A stretch of DNA of 63,403 nucleotides, counting the filler, from Chiloscyllium plagiosum (taxonomy: Eukaryota), in the NCBI RefSeq assembly GCF_004010195.1. It is 5 parts of 2 records of this genome, joined end to end, with 100 filler letters (N's around TTAATTAATTAA, not from the genome) between each part and the next. Parts side by side here need not be neighbours in the genome. Positions count along the whole stretch, not along the records: positions 51,385 to 61,891 come from NC_057711.1; positions 61,992 to 63,403 come from NC_057712.1; 3 more parts are not named here. The stretch is one strand, 5' to 3'. Position 1 is the first letter of the stretch. Each line of letters opens with the position of its first letter. Shown in pieces: positions 53,173-63,403 of the stretch. The notes beneath the pieces were generated by a model that did no database searches, had not been told where the DNA came from, and saw only the letters and a list, made by a program, of their open reading frames with translations. A program made the translations under genes and the position numbers.

Positions 53173-53487
53173 GGGCGGCACGGTGGCACAGTGGTTAACA
53201 CTGCTACCTCACAGCGCCAGAGACCCGGGTTCAATTCCCACCTCTGGCGACTGACTGTGTGGAGTTTGCACATTCTCCCCGTGTCTGCATGGGTTTTCCT
53301 CCGGGTGCTCCGGTTTCCTCCCACAATCCAAAAATGTGCAGGTTAGGTGAATTGGCCATGCTAAATTGCCCGTCGTGTTAGGTGAAGAGGTAAATGTAGG
53401 GGAATGGGTCTGGGTGGGTTGCGCTTCGGCGGGTCAGTGTGGACTTATTGGGCCGAAGGGCCTGTTTCCACACTGTAAGTAATCTAA
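53173..53487 (+). mobile_element. V-SINE (HE1-like), full length
   Basis: Same family as 17677-17990. Confidence 0.9.
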
Positions 53488-54214
53488 ACTGCAGGCCTGA
53501 AGCAATGAGGCCAATTGTTGCAATTTTACTGGCGAAGTAGTGCCTTGTGTAATTAATCAGGGATGTTGTTCGGCTATTATAACTCAATACCATACTGCAC
53601 ACCTCTTCTATCTGATTCAATGTTAATGGAAAGGATCTCCCTTATGAAATGTAAAAGACCAGACTTAGTAACTTGACTTTCAGAGTGAACAAAAACAAGC
53701 ACACTGTCAGGCATTTCATGAACATGGGTCATGTCCAAAGCTGATAACAGTAAAGATAATGTGGAACAGTGAATGTTAGAGTTCTGACCATTGGCAAGCT
53801 TAACCCGTGGATTGACATAACAGCAGAGAACAGCTGGGCTTCTCTGTTGAAAGATTGTTCATGAGATTTGTTTGGGCTGGGAAAGGTCTGTAGACACATC
53901 AAGTATGATCTAGGATGTGTGTCTTATTGGATGAAAATTTCATATTTTCCATGTAGTAAGTGTCCAAAACCCAAAGAGCTTTAAATCACAGAATTTCAGA
54001 TGGATATATTCATAGACAGGCCAACGTAACAGCTGCTGACTATTTTCTCAGGCACTCAACACAACATTTGGGCTCTTGTAAATTTAGATGAATGTTAAGT
54101 TACCCCAGTCCAAATGTGCAGTTTAGAGAGAGTAGTCTCTGATAATTCTTTGTTCCTAGTTTTCCTGTCGTTCTGATTATCAAATCTAAATACGGTATTC
54201 TTTACAACCTAAGA

Positions 54215-55065
54215 AATTTATCAAGAAAAACACCTTTGACCACAAGTCCATCAGGAAGTGGTCAGCACGTAGTGTCCTTGAGACCCTTCGGGAAAAGGAG
54301 AGGGCGGATCCTATCGAGCGGTTCCCTGAGCAGACTGTCAAAGCCATTTGGCAGAATGCCTCATCGTCAGAACTTTCCAACAAGCACCAAGACATGGCTT
54401 GGCTGGTGGTGAGAAGGGCTCTGCCTGTGAGATCCTTTATGCACGCCCGGACTCTCTGCCGCACCGCACGCTGCCCTCGAAGCGGCTGCGGGGGGGGACG
54501 AGACTGTCACACACCTCCTTCTGGAATGTGCCTATGCAGAGGAAGTCTGGAGAGGAATGCAGTGGTGTCTGTCGAGGTTCGTCCCGAGCAGCGCCGTGAC
54601 ACGGGACTCCGTGCTCTACGGCCTGTTCCCCGGGACGCACACCAAGACGAACATCAACTGTGCCTGGAGGATCATCAACTCGGTGAAGGACGCTCTCTGG
54701 GCGGTCCGAAACCTGTTGATCTTCCAGCTGAAGGAGTTGACCCCGACTGAGTGTTGCAGACTGGCACATTCCATGGTCCAGGACTACGTGTTGAGGGACG
54801 CGCTGAAGCTTGGGGCAGCTGCCGCCAAGGCGCGGTGGGGAAAGACCACCGTCTAACATCTGCCTGCCTAATGAAGAACAGGGGGCCCACGCAGTCATTT
54901 GGGCTCCGCTGGCGTCTGAGCTCAATGTAATCGCACCAACCTGTGAATATGAATGATTACCCTGTTTCGATACGTAAAGAAATGGAATGTTTCCAGAATG
55001 ATGACATATCCAATTGTATAGATTAAATATATATGAATAAAGTATATTTTGAAAAAAAAAAAAAA
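54215..55065 (+). mobile_element. Young 5'-truncated L1/Tx1-clade LINE (ORF2 C-terminal zinc-binding region)
   Basis: WLVVRRALPVR...CPRSGCGG/DETVTHLLLEC...KARWGKTTV*; AATAAA 55036-55041; A-run 55052-55066; perfect 18-bp TSD ATTCTTTACAACCTAAGA at 54197-54214 and 55066-55083. Confidence 0.92.
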
Positions 55066-55699
55066 ATTCTTTACAACCTAAGACAGAGGGAGTTCATTCT
55101 AAAGACGGTGTGGCAAGTCAAAGGAAACAAAATAATACAAATGACCATTCTTATGTTTATGTATTATTACTGGCAGTCTTTGACAATCGGTTCCACATAT
55201 TTTAGTGCTACTTGGACACACATTTGCAGAAATGAAGAGTTTTGATTGAATCTTCCTCTGTTATTGACCTCAGATGTCTCATATGGTGCCAATTTTCTGA
55301 AACATCATTGGCCCAACAAAACACTATTTTGGGACAGAGTGATCTATTTGCCTTATGCACGGAAAACAAAGTAAAAATCTGTGTGACAAAGTTCTTGTAC
55401 GTGACTGAATGAGGAGGAGGGAAACAAGTCATGGATCAAAGACGTCACAGCCCACCGCTTGGAGGTGTCTGAAAAGCAGAGTTTCATCTGACACGTGAGC
55501 AGGATGATAAGGATCCAAAACATAACCTATGTCAAGATTTCCATGGAAAACAAACATTTCATTCTTAAGATCGCCTCATAGATCAGTGCTTCCAAATCAG
55601 ATATATGATTGACTTAACCCAGCAGCTGTACTGACATTGCTGTAGTTCAGGATTGAAATGGAATCCCAGTGCCAACAGAACAAAAGACATGAGGCTTAG

Positions 55700-56350
55700 A
55701 GGGCTGCAGTTGTGGGCGAGCAAGCAATGCCCAAACAGAGGAACTGGGGTCCTTAGTGCCACCGAGCAGTGAATTCTGAGAGGACCTACTCACTGCAGCT
55801 ATCAGCCAAAGAGTCAAAGGCAGTATCAGAATGACTAGGGACACCATCACCTATTTCTATCGTCACCTGCAGGCAGGTCCGCGGCCATATGATTTGGGAG
55901 ACATTGCTCTGTCTGTGACACTGAAGATCACAGTGGCTTTGAAATGTAAATCCATTGGCTCCTTTTAAACCTCAACTGGACATGAAAGAGCTATCGATTG
56001 GGCAATTATACGGGTTCTCATTGATTTCATCGATGCCCTTTAGAGGAAAACAGTACAATGTGTCCAGTTCACCCAGTCCCCGAGCCATCAGATTTGCAGC
56101 CATCACTGAGTTCATTCAGGTACGAGAGGCTATCGATTGTAAGCATGTGGCATTCAGAGCCCCTTGGTATCATTCAAGCAGATCCCTGAACTGGAAGTTT
56201 AATTCCCTCAGTATCTCGCTCACTTGTGACCACAAGCAGCGACTCCTGTCTGTGCTTACTGTCACGATGTTTCTTTCTGCATAACCTCCAGGGCCCTTGA
56301 ATGTTCACATACTCACTTCATCTCCAGGCCTGACTTGTGGGTGGCCTAAG
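55700..56350 (+). mobile_element. PIF/Harbinger transposase fossil
   Basis: RAIRFAAITEFIQVREAIDCKHVAFRAP...FNSLSISLTCDH (ORF 55955..56284) matches the GAIDCxH first-Asp motif. Confidence 0.75.
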
Positions 56351-56426
56351 TCTGATAATTTCCTGGCTTCCATGTACAAGATTTTGAGCGGCCAATAGTG
56401 GTGCACCACAAACCAAATGACGATTT

Positions 56427-56752
56427 GGGTGGCATGGTGGTACAATGATCAGTACGGTTGCCTCTCAGCGCCAGGGACTTAGGTTTGATTCGAAAGCCAG
56501 GAGACTGTCTGTGTGGAGTTTGCATGTTCTCCCCATGTTCTGCATGAGTTTCCTCCCAAAGTCCAAAGGTGTGCAGGTTAGGTGGATGGCCATGCTAAAT
56601 TGACCACAGTGTCTAGGCTAGATGGATTAGCCATGGGAAATGTGGGATTACAGGGATAGGATGGATGGGTCTGGATGAAATGCTTTTTGAGGGTCCATGC
56701 AGACTCGATGGGCCGAATGGCCTCTGTCTGCACTGTAGGGATTCTGTGATTC
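56427..56752 (+). mobile_element. V-SINE (older copy); an inverted 3' fragment lies at about 56945-57120
   Basis: gggtggcatggtgg...gtgtggagtttgcatgttctcccc...gggccgaatggcct. Confidence 0.78.
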
Positions 56753-57779
56753 TTTAATTTGTGGCAATGTACGGTGAATGACATATCACTTCCTCATGAA
56801 GCATTTCTGGGTTTTTGATGCCTGGGCAATGGCCAGCATTGTGAACACTGTTATTGCTCTAGAAATTTCTAGACCAATACTTGTCGAAACTTAAAAATTA
56901 CCATGCCTTTTAATTAACTCAATTCCTGGATTCAGTCATAGTATTATAGAATCCCTATAGAATGAAAGCAGGCCTTTGGCCCATTGAATCCACACTGACT
57001 CATCCAATAGCATCCCACCCAGACCCTGCAGTTCCCATGCCTAATCCACCTAACCTGCACACTCTGGATACCATGGCAATTGATCATGGCTAATCCACTT
57101 AACCCACACATCTTTGGATTGTCAGTGCCATAAAATGAACAAGGCTTTATTCTTCTGTCTCTTTTCTGCTCCAGGTTTTTTCAAACTGTGCTTCTGCCCA
57201 AGCTAGAAAGAGCCTAAAGTTGATTTCTGACTTTTCAGGAATTCTCCATGTCAGCGGTTGCTAATGTGACTTACCAATTAAGCATGTAACTGTTTTATTA
57301 AGTGCCTTTTTTTCTAGAAAACTAAGTCTTGACATAACCAATTTTCTCAAGTTAGTGTGGTAAACAAAAAACTCAGTTTCGGCAGAAAGACCATCTGGAT
57401 CAAATTTCTTTTTTTCCCCAAAGCATGTGCATTATGAGTTTTTGAATCTATATCAGCTGCATTTTAACTTAGCAGCATACCCAGACCAATTCTGAAAAGT
57501 TACAGATGTTGTTCATCTGTTGTACATTGAGTGTGACTATTAGTGTCTCTTTTAAGAAATGTATTACTGCTAAAACATTAAGACTGTGTATAAGGAGAGA
57601 ACAACAACAAATATAGTACTTGTAATATAATAAAACACCCCAAAATTTTGCAAGAGTGTTATAAAAGAAAGCACAACATTGAAACGCCTAGAAGGAGACA
57701 CGAGGCCAGATGATCTAAAGCATGATCAGAGTGGTAGATTTTCATGAAATGTGCTTTAAAGGCACAAAACAAAGTGAAC

Positions 57780-58735
57780 ATAGAGCATAGAAAAGTACAG
57801 CACAGTATAGTGCAACCTCAGTTATCCAAACATCGATTATCTGAATTTCGGATTATCCGAACAAGATCTCAAGGTCCCAATGCTTAGGTAAACTGTGTTA
57901 TCTGAACATTCAATTATTTGAATATTCGATTATCAGAACAAAATACTCTCTGCCTGTGTCGTTTGGATAATCGAGTTGCCCTGTACAGGCTGTTCGGCCC
58001 TTGATGTTGTGCTAACCTTTCATCCTACTCTAAGGTCGGGCAAACCGACATACCCTTCATTCTACTGTCTTCCATGTGCCTATCCAATATTTGCTTAAAT
58101 GTCCCTAATGCATCTTACTCTACTACCACTGCTGGCAGGGCAGTCCACGCATCCACCACTCTCTGTACAAAGAACCTACCTCCAACATCTCCCCTAAACC
58201 TTCCTCCAATCACCTTAAAATTATGCCCCACGTGATTGCCATTTCAGCCCTTGGAAAAAGTCTGTGGCTACCAACTCTAACAATGCCTCTCATCGTCTTG
58301 TACACGCCTATCAAGTCACCTCTCATCCTTCTTTGCTCCAATGAGAAAAGCCCTCGCTCTCTCAACCCTTTTTCATAAGACATGCCCTGCAGTCCACACA
58401 GCATCCTTGTTAGTATCCTCTACACTCCTAAAGCTTCCACATCCTTCTAATAATGAGGCGACCACAATTGAACACAATATTCTAAGTGTGGTCTAACCAG
58501 GGCCCTATAGAACTGTAGCATAACCTTGTGGCTAATGAAAGCTGATATATCATATGCCTTCTTAACAACCCAACAACGTGGGTGACAACGTTGAGGGGTC
58601 TATGGGCATGGACTCCAAGTTCCCTCTGTTCCTTCACACTGCTAAGAATCCTGCCTTTAAACTTGTATTCTGCATTCAAATTTGACCTTCGAAAGTGAAT
58701 TGCTTCACACTTTTCCAGGTTTAACTCCATCTGAG
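57780..58735 (-). mobile_element. CR1 3' end (minus)
   Basis: GLFSLEQRRMRGDLIGVYK; NLEKCEAIHF. Confidence 0.85.
57808..57983. mobile_element. Tigger/pogo-like MITE with TA duplication
   Basis: TA at 57806-57807 and 57984-57985; TIRs tagtgcaacctcagttatccaaac versus the reverse complement of gtttggataatcgagttgccctg; removing it restores the CR1 tail cacagtacaggc. Confidence 0.8.
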
Positions 58736-59316
58736 GGAGGGTATTCCTGAGTCTGCAGCTGTACAAGGCATTGGTTAAGCCGCTGTTGGAATATTGTGTG
58801 TAGTTCTGGTCTCTGTCTTGTAGGAAGGATATTGTGAAACTTGAAAGGGTTCAGAAAAGATTTACAAGCATGTTGCCAAGATTAGAGGGTTTGAGCTATA
58901 GGGAGACCTTGAATAGGCTGGGGCTGTTTTCCTAGAATGTCAGAGGCTGAGGGGTGACCTTATAGAGGTTTATAAAATCATGAGGGGCATGGAAATGTTA
59001 AATAGACAAAGTCTTTTCCCTGGGTTGGGTGAGTCCAGAACTAGAGGGCATAGGTTTAGGGTGAGAGGAGAAAGATTTATAAGGATCCTAAGGGCAACTT
59101 TTTCATGCAAAGTGTGGTATGTATATGGCATGAGCTGCTAGAGCAAGTGGTACAATTAATCATTTAAAAGGCATCTAGATAAGTACATGAACAGGAAGGA
59201 TTTAGAGAGATACGAACGAAGCGCTGGCAAATGGGACTAGATTAATTTAGGGTATCAGGTCGGGACATGGCGAGTTGGACCGAAGGGTCTGTTTCCGTGC
59301 TATACACCTCTATGAC
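58736..59316 (+). mobile_element. CR1 3' end (plus), head-to-head with the previous copy
   Basis: LYKALVKPLLEYCV...LERVQKRFT; ends gaagggtctgtttccgtgctatacacctctatgac. Confidence 0.88.
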
Positions 59317-60777
59317 TCGAAGTAACTGAAGGCATAGCCACCACTAATTGAAAAGTTAAAACTGGGCCACACAAAAATTATTGCAGTGCAGAAAGGGACG
59401 TTCAGTTCATCATGTCTGCGCCAGAGGTCAGAATTAGAGGAGCACAGGTATCTTGGAGAGTTGTGGAGGAGATTATATGTAAACTGCTGATTTTCAAAAC
59501 AAACTCCAGTTCTGTCAAGCAACTTGTGTACTTCATGTCACCATGCACCCTAAGATTGTATTTTAGCTTTTTTATTTTATCATATTTGTGATGCAGTACC
59601 CCATTCTGCTTGATCCTTACAGAGTTTTGCTGACAGTTCAAATATCTCATGCTTGACACCTCCTCTAGACACCACATATTTTTACGTTCCCCTTGCCACT
59701 GCCTTTGACACTGCATCACCAACACTTCTGTCATGTAATCTCTCCTACCTTTTCACAGACTTTTCATGTTGTCCTTATCCAAGCTATTCTCTCCTCACCT
59801 CCCTCACCCCCACCAGCCTCACTCACCCATTCACAAACATAGGATCAAATACTCTTCCAGCCTTTCCCAGTTCTGATGAAAGAACCTTTGATTTTAGATG
59901 CTAGCGTTGTTTCTCTGTTCAGTGTTCTGAAGGTGTAGTGTATTTCAAAGAATTTTTTGTTTGTTTTAGATTTCTATCCTCCTTTTCTTTGGAATAAGTG
60001 TTCAGAAAGTATTTTCTTGTCCAAGAGCTAAGATGCAGATATGACAAATGCACAGGCAAGAGTGTCTGGGTTCTTTAACATTAAAATCGCCATTGATTCA
60101 TCTATAGTGCTCTCCTAATAATGTTGGATACCATGCAGTTTGAAATTACAGGTGGTGTGAGACTTTCTCTTTTCAGACGACTTGTACTAGCAAAATTGCA
60201 TTGGGCCTTGATTCTAAATTTGCACTTCAATCTTTAGATCATGGAGTAATGGAAATTGCTTTGTAGTACCAGTAAAATTGCATTATAGGTAGATCCTTAA
60301 AACTCTTTCGGAACAGTTTTACAGTGATGTTATTGTGGTTTCAACAGCAATGCAAGCTCTGATAGTGATGTCTTGTCTGAATCATGTTAATGGTAACAAA
60401 GCAAAGTTTACAAGGTATTCTGCAGCTAAATCTACTCTTTAACCATAACCTGTTTCCTCAGCTCCATTGATCTATCTGCTGTGAAACAATAAATCTTTGA
60501 AAAAAGCTAATACACTGATTATATTAATTTTGAAATGCTGAAGGTTATGGGTGGATTGTGGATGAAGTAGCCAGCTCCAACTGGATAGATATCTGTGCTT
60601 CTTAGTGGCATCAATGAGAAACTGCAAATAAACAATATTGAAAATCATTTTTGATTGCCTATTGTACAACATACCTTACCAACATTGTCTTCAGATATGT
60701 AACACATCAGTGTTTATGTGCCTTACACTTGTTTGGACCAAACTGTTTGGCAATAATCAATTACTTCTCTTTTCCAG

Positions 60778-60887
60778 ATGTAATAATCGTACCCAATGCT
60801 CAGTTGTAGCTGGACCTGATGTGTTTCCAGACCCTTGCCCAGGAACTTACAAGTATCTTGAAGTTCAGTATGAATGTGTTCCATACA
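60778..60887 (+). CDS. ADGRL3: Internal coding exon of a latrophilin adhesion GPCR (C-terminal half of the SUEL/rhamnose-binding lectin domain), most like ADGRL3
   Basis: Pyrimidine tract ttacttctcttttccAG (AG 60776-60777), 110-nt exon, donor GTAAGT at 60888. Translates (R)[36 protein letters not shown]. As I recall, VAGPDVF is the ADGRL3 form (ADGRL1 VAGSDAF, ADGRL2 VTGSDVF). Phase 2 start, phase 1 end. Confidence 0.93.
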
Positions 60888-61309
60888 GTAAGTCTCCTCC
60901 ACTACATGATACTTTCTCTAACTGAACATTCTGCTATTTTTTTCACTCAAGCATTATAATAAATTGATCAATAAAGCATTTTCTTGTCTTGGAAGCAAAT
61001 TTGAAGTAATAGCAACAAAACTATATCACTTGGTGCAATTACACTTCTAATTCAGGCACTCATGTTGGTGAATTGCTGCCATTATTCTGAAAACTGCAGG
61101 TATTTAAAAGGAAGATGGAATGTACTTCAAGTGTACATCTGAGTGATGTTCACCTTTGTCAAAAAAAATCTTTCTGGCCAATTAAATTGTTCCTTCATTG
61201 TTTTGCTCCATAACTATAACACCCAGTGAAATTTTAGAGCTCAGAACAGGTCACTCATGTTGTGGACTCTGAGATACTATGTTAAAAATACGCAAATCTG
61301 ACATGGTTT

Positions 61310-61891
61310 TTACGAGTACATTAAGGGTAACTAGGGAGCGAAGAGGGTCCCTGAAAGGTCAACCAAGCAGCCTTTGTGTGGAGCCACTGGTGATGAGGGA
61401 GATACTAAATGAGTATTTTGCATCAGTGCTTACTGTGGAGACGGACATACAAGATATAGAATGTGGGGAATAGATGGTGACATTTTGAAAAGTGTCCATA
61501 TTACAGAAGAGGTCCTGGAGGGGGAGGGGGAGCAACCCGAAGTCGTGGTCCACATTGGCACCAACGACATAGGTAGGAGGAGTGCTGAGGATGTTAGACA
61601 GGCTTTCAGGGAGCTAGGTTGGAAGCTTGGAGTTAGAATAAACAGAGTTGTTGTCTCTGGTTTGTTACCCGTGCCACGTGATAGACATTCGAGGAATAGG
61701 GAGAGAGAACAATTAAATGCGTGGCTTCAGGGATGGTGCAGGAGGGAGGGGTTCCAGTTTTTGGATAACTGGGGTTCTTTCTGGGGACGGTGGGACCTCT
61801 ATAAACAGGATGGCCTACACCTGAACCTGAGGGGAACCAGTATCCTTGGGGGGAGGTTTGCTAGTGCTCTTGGCGGGGGTTTAAACTAACT
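61310..61891 (+). mobile_element. CR1 ORF2 fragment (about 61310-61512) joined directly to an ORF1 esterase C-terminus (about 61513-61889)
   Basis: EILNEYFASVLTVE..., then EGEQPEVVVHIGTND...DGLHLN...GGLN*. Confidence 0.85.
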
Positions 61892-61991
61892 NNNNNNNNN
61901 NNNNNNNNNNNNNNNNNNNNNNNNNNNNNNNNNNNTTAATTAATTAANNNNNNNNNNNNNNNNNNNNNNNNNNNNNNNNNNNNNNNNNNNN

Positions 61992-62645
61992 CACATGCAC
62001 ACATATATTTTGTGGGGTGAATTTGTACTTGCAGAGTTACATTTGACTTTGCTCAAAAACTGCATGAATTCATGTAAAACTCTGAGCTCAAAAACTGCAT
62101 GAATTAATGTAAAACTCTGTTATCTCACTTTTTTAGATTAGAATCAATCTAACCATTATGGCATAGACAGAGAACACAGGGGGCTAACACCTTTATTTCT
62201 GATGAAGGGCTTTTGCCCGAAGCGTCGATTTTGCTGCTCGTCGGATGCTGCCTGAATTGCTGTGCTCTTCCAGCACCACTGATCCAGAATCTGGTTTCCA
62301 GCATCTGCAGTCATTGTTTTTACCTCCAACATATTGTCTAGCTAACACTCATTGTTACAGCTAACCTGAGAATGCAACTTTTTTAAAAAAACATTTTGTG
62401 ATTTTGTGAAAGAAGTGAAACTATCATGGTATTCGAACAGATGAAAGGCTCAACAGACAATCAAGGTATTTTTCAATGTATAATTTCAGTTACATCACAC
62501 TGTAAATTTTTGCTATATATTCTGTGTCTTACAATTGTGTCCTCCACAACCACCTGATGAAGGAGCGTCGCTCCGAAAGCTAGTGCTTCCAATTAAACCT
62601 GTTGGACTATAACCTGGTGTTGTGTGATTTTTAACTTTGTACACA
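61992..62645 (+). mobile_element. PLE family B 3' region, with a nested family A insertion (about 62195-62326; its hammerhead has GAAG for GAAA)
   Basis: The terminal segment matches the arms at 9990-10201; the nested piece begins ctgatgaagggcttttgcccgaagcgtc. Confidence 0.75.
62548..62588 (+). ncRNA. Minimal type-I hammerhead ribozyme (family B), best-preserved copy
   Basis: AACCAC-CTGATGA-A-GGAGC-GTC-GCTCC-GAAA-GC-TA-GTGCTT: stem I 5 of 6 pairs, perfect 5-bp stem II, AGCU palindrome, predicted cleavage after 62582. Confidence 0.78.
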
Positions 62646-62795
62646 ACATGAGCGAATCACAGTCATCAGATAAATTATTTTTGGTCTCGTCCCAAACACT
62701 TTCTGTGCATTTCAAACAGTTGCTGTGAAACTGCTGTATTACAATAGAAATGTGGAACTCCAATTTTCTTAGTTACTCAACTGGTGGAGATGGGG

Positions 62796-62898
62796 GTCAG
62801 TCCTGAGGCAGGGTCACTCAACCTGAAATTTTAACTCTGGTTTCTCTCCACAGATGTTGCCAGGCCTGCTGAGCTTTTCCAGCTAATTCTGTTTTTGT
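62796..62898 (+). mobile_element. Short PLE family D insertion with decayed hammerhead
   Basis: 14-bp TSD TGGTGGAGATGGGG at 62782-62795 and 62899-62912; ctgaggcagggtcactcaacctgaaattttaac. Confidence 0.7.
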
Positions 62899-63089
62899 TG
62901 GTGGAGATGGGGAATTGTTAAGTTGCCTAAGACAGCAAGGTCCCAGATTCATACATAGCCTATGCTAAGCTCAGACAGAATGGTGAAATGATCATTCCAC
63001 TAGGATCTAACACTATTAGGTTATAGGGGAAAATTAACTGGGGCACCCACCTTTGTTTGAAACTTGGATATTCACATTTTAACTCCACT

Positions 63090-63403
63090 TAACGGACAAG
63101 GAAGAACGCTTCATTTTCTGTCTTGTGTCCCTCCAACCACACGGCATCAACCTTGACTTCACAAGTTTCCTCATCCCTCCTCTCCCCAGCACATCCCAGG
63201 TCCTACCCTCCAATATGGCACCACCCTCTAAACTGTCCTGCCTGTCCATCTTCCTTCTCACCAATCTGCTCCAACCTCCTCTCTGACCTTTCACCATCAG
63301 CCCCACCTGCATCTACCCATTGCCTTCCCAGCTACCTTCCCACCCCCTCCTCCCATTTATTCTCAGCCCCCTTGGGCCACAAGCCTCATTCCTGATGAAG
63401 GGC
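63090..63403 (+). mobile_element. PLE family A: end of ORF, C-rich 3' region and start of hammerhead (cut by window edge)
   Basis: KEERFIFCLVSLQPHGINLDFTSF from 63098 resembles PLE GIY-YIG region C-termini; ATTC-CTGATGA-A-GGGC at 63388-63403. Confidence 0.75.

Noticed and set aside
60638..60925. 95-aa ORF as a standalone protein
   Set aside because: Only 60778-60887 is exon; the flanks are intron read-through bounded by canonical splice sites.
60888..63403. Latrophilin 15-nt KVEQK micro-exon
   Set aside because: No matching AG-flanked sequence found by eye; agaaatgtggaac near 62746 does not fit. Probably outside the window.

Overview
Eukaryotic, repeat-rich DNA from a cartilaginous fish, judged from HE1/V-SINEs, SacSINE1-like SINEs and CR1 LINEs with esterase ORF1. 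The only host coding sequence I can support is one 110-bp + strand exon (60778-60887) encoding the C-terminal half of a latrophilin lectin domain, most like ADGRL3. The window is therefore mostly one large intron (at least 60 kb) plus the start of the next. The intron holds CR1, Rex1/Babar, older CR1/L2-group and a young Tx1/L1 LINE, three Harbinger transposase fossils, two Tigger-like MITEs and a 45-bp minisatellite. The most notable signal is about 20 short Penelope-like-element (PLE) derivatives from four families, each family carrying its own minimal type-I hammerhead ribozyme (CUGANGA-stem II-GAAA-NN-UH). Several have intact cores, many have 11-17 bp target-site duplications, and many are truncated or inverted at the ribozyme. 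PLE hammerheads are a known class; the multi-family covariation, density and sense-strand intronic position here merit testing. Four TTAATTAATTAA words inside N runs are assembly linkers. Repeat family calls come from motif recognition only, and repeat boundaries are approximate unless fixed by a TSD.
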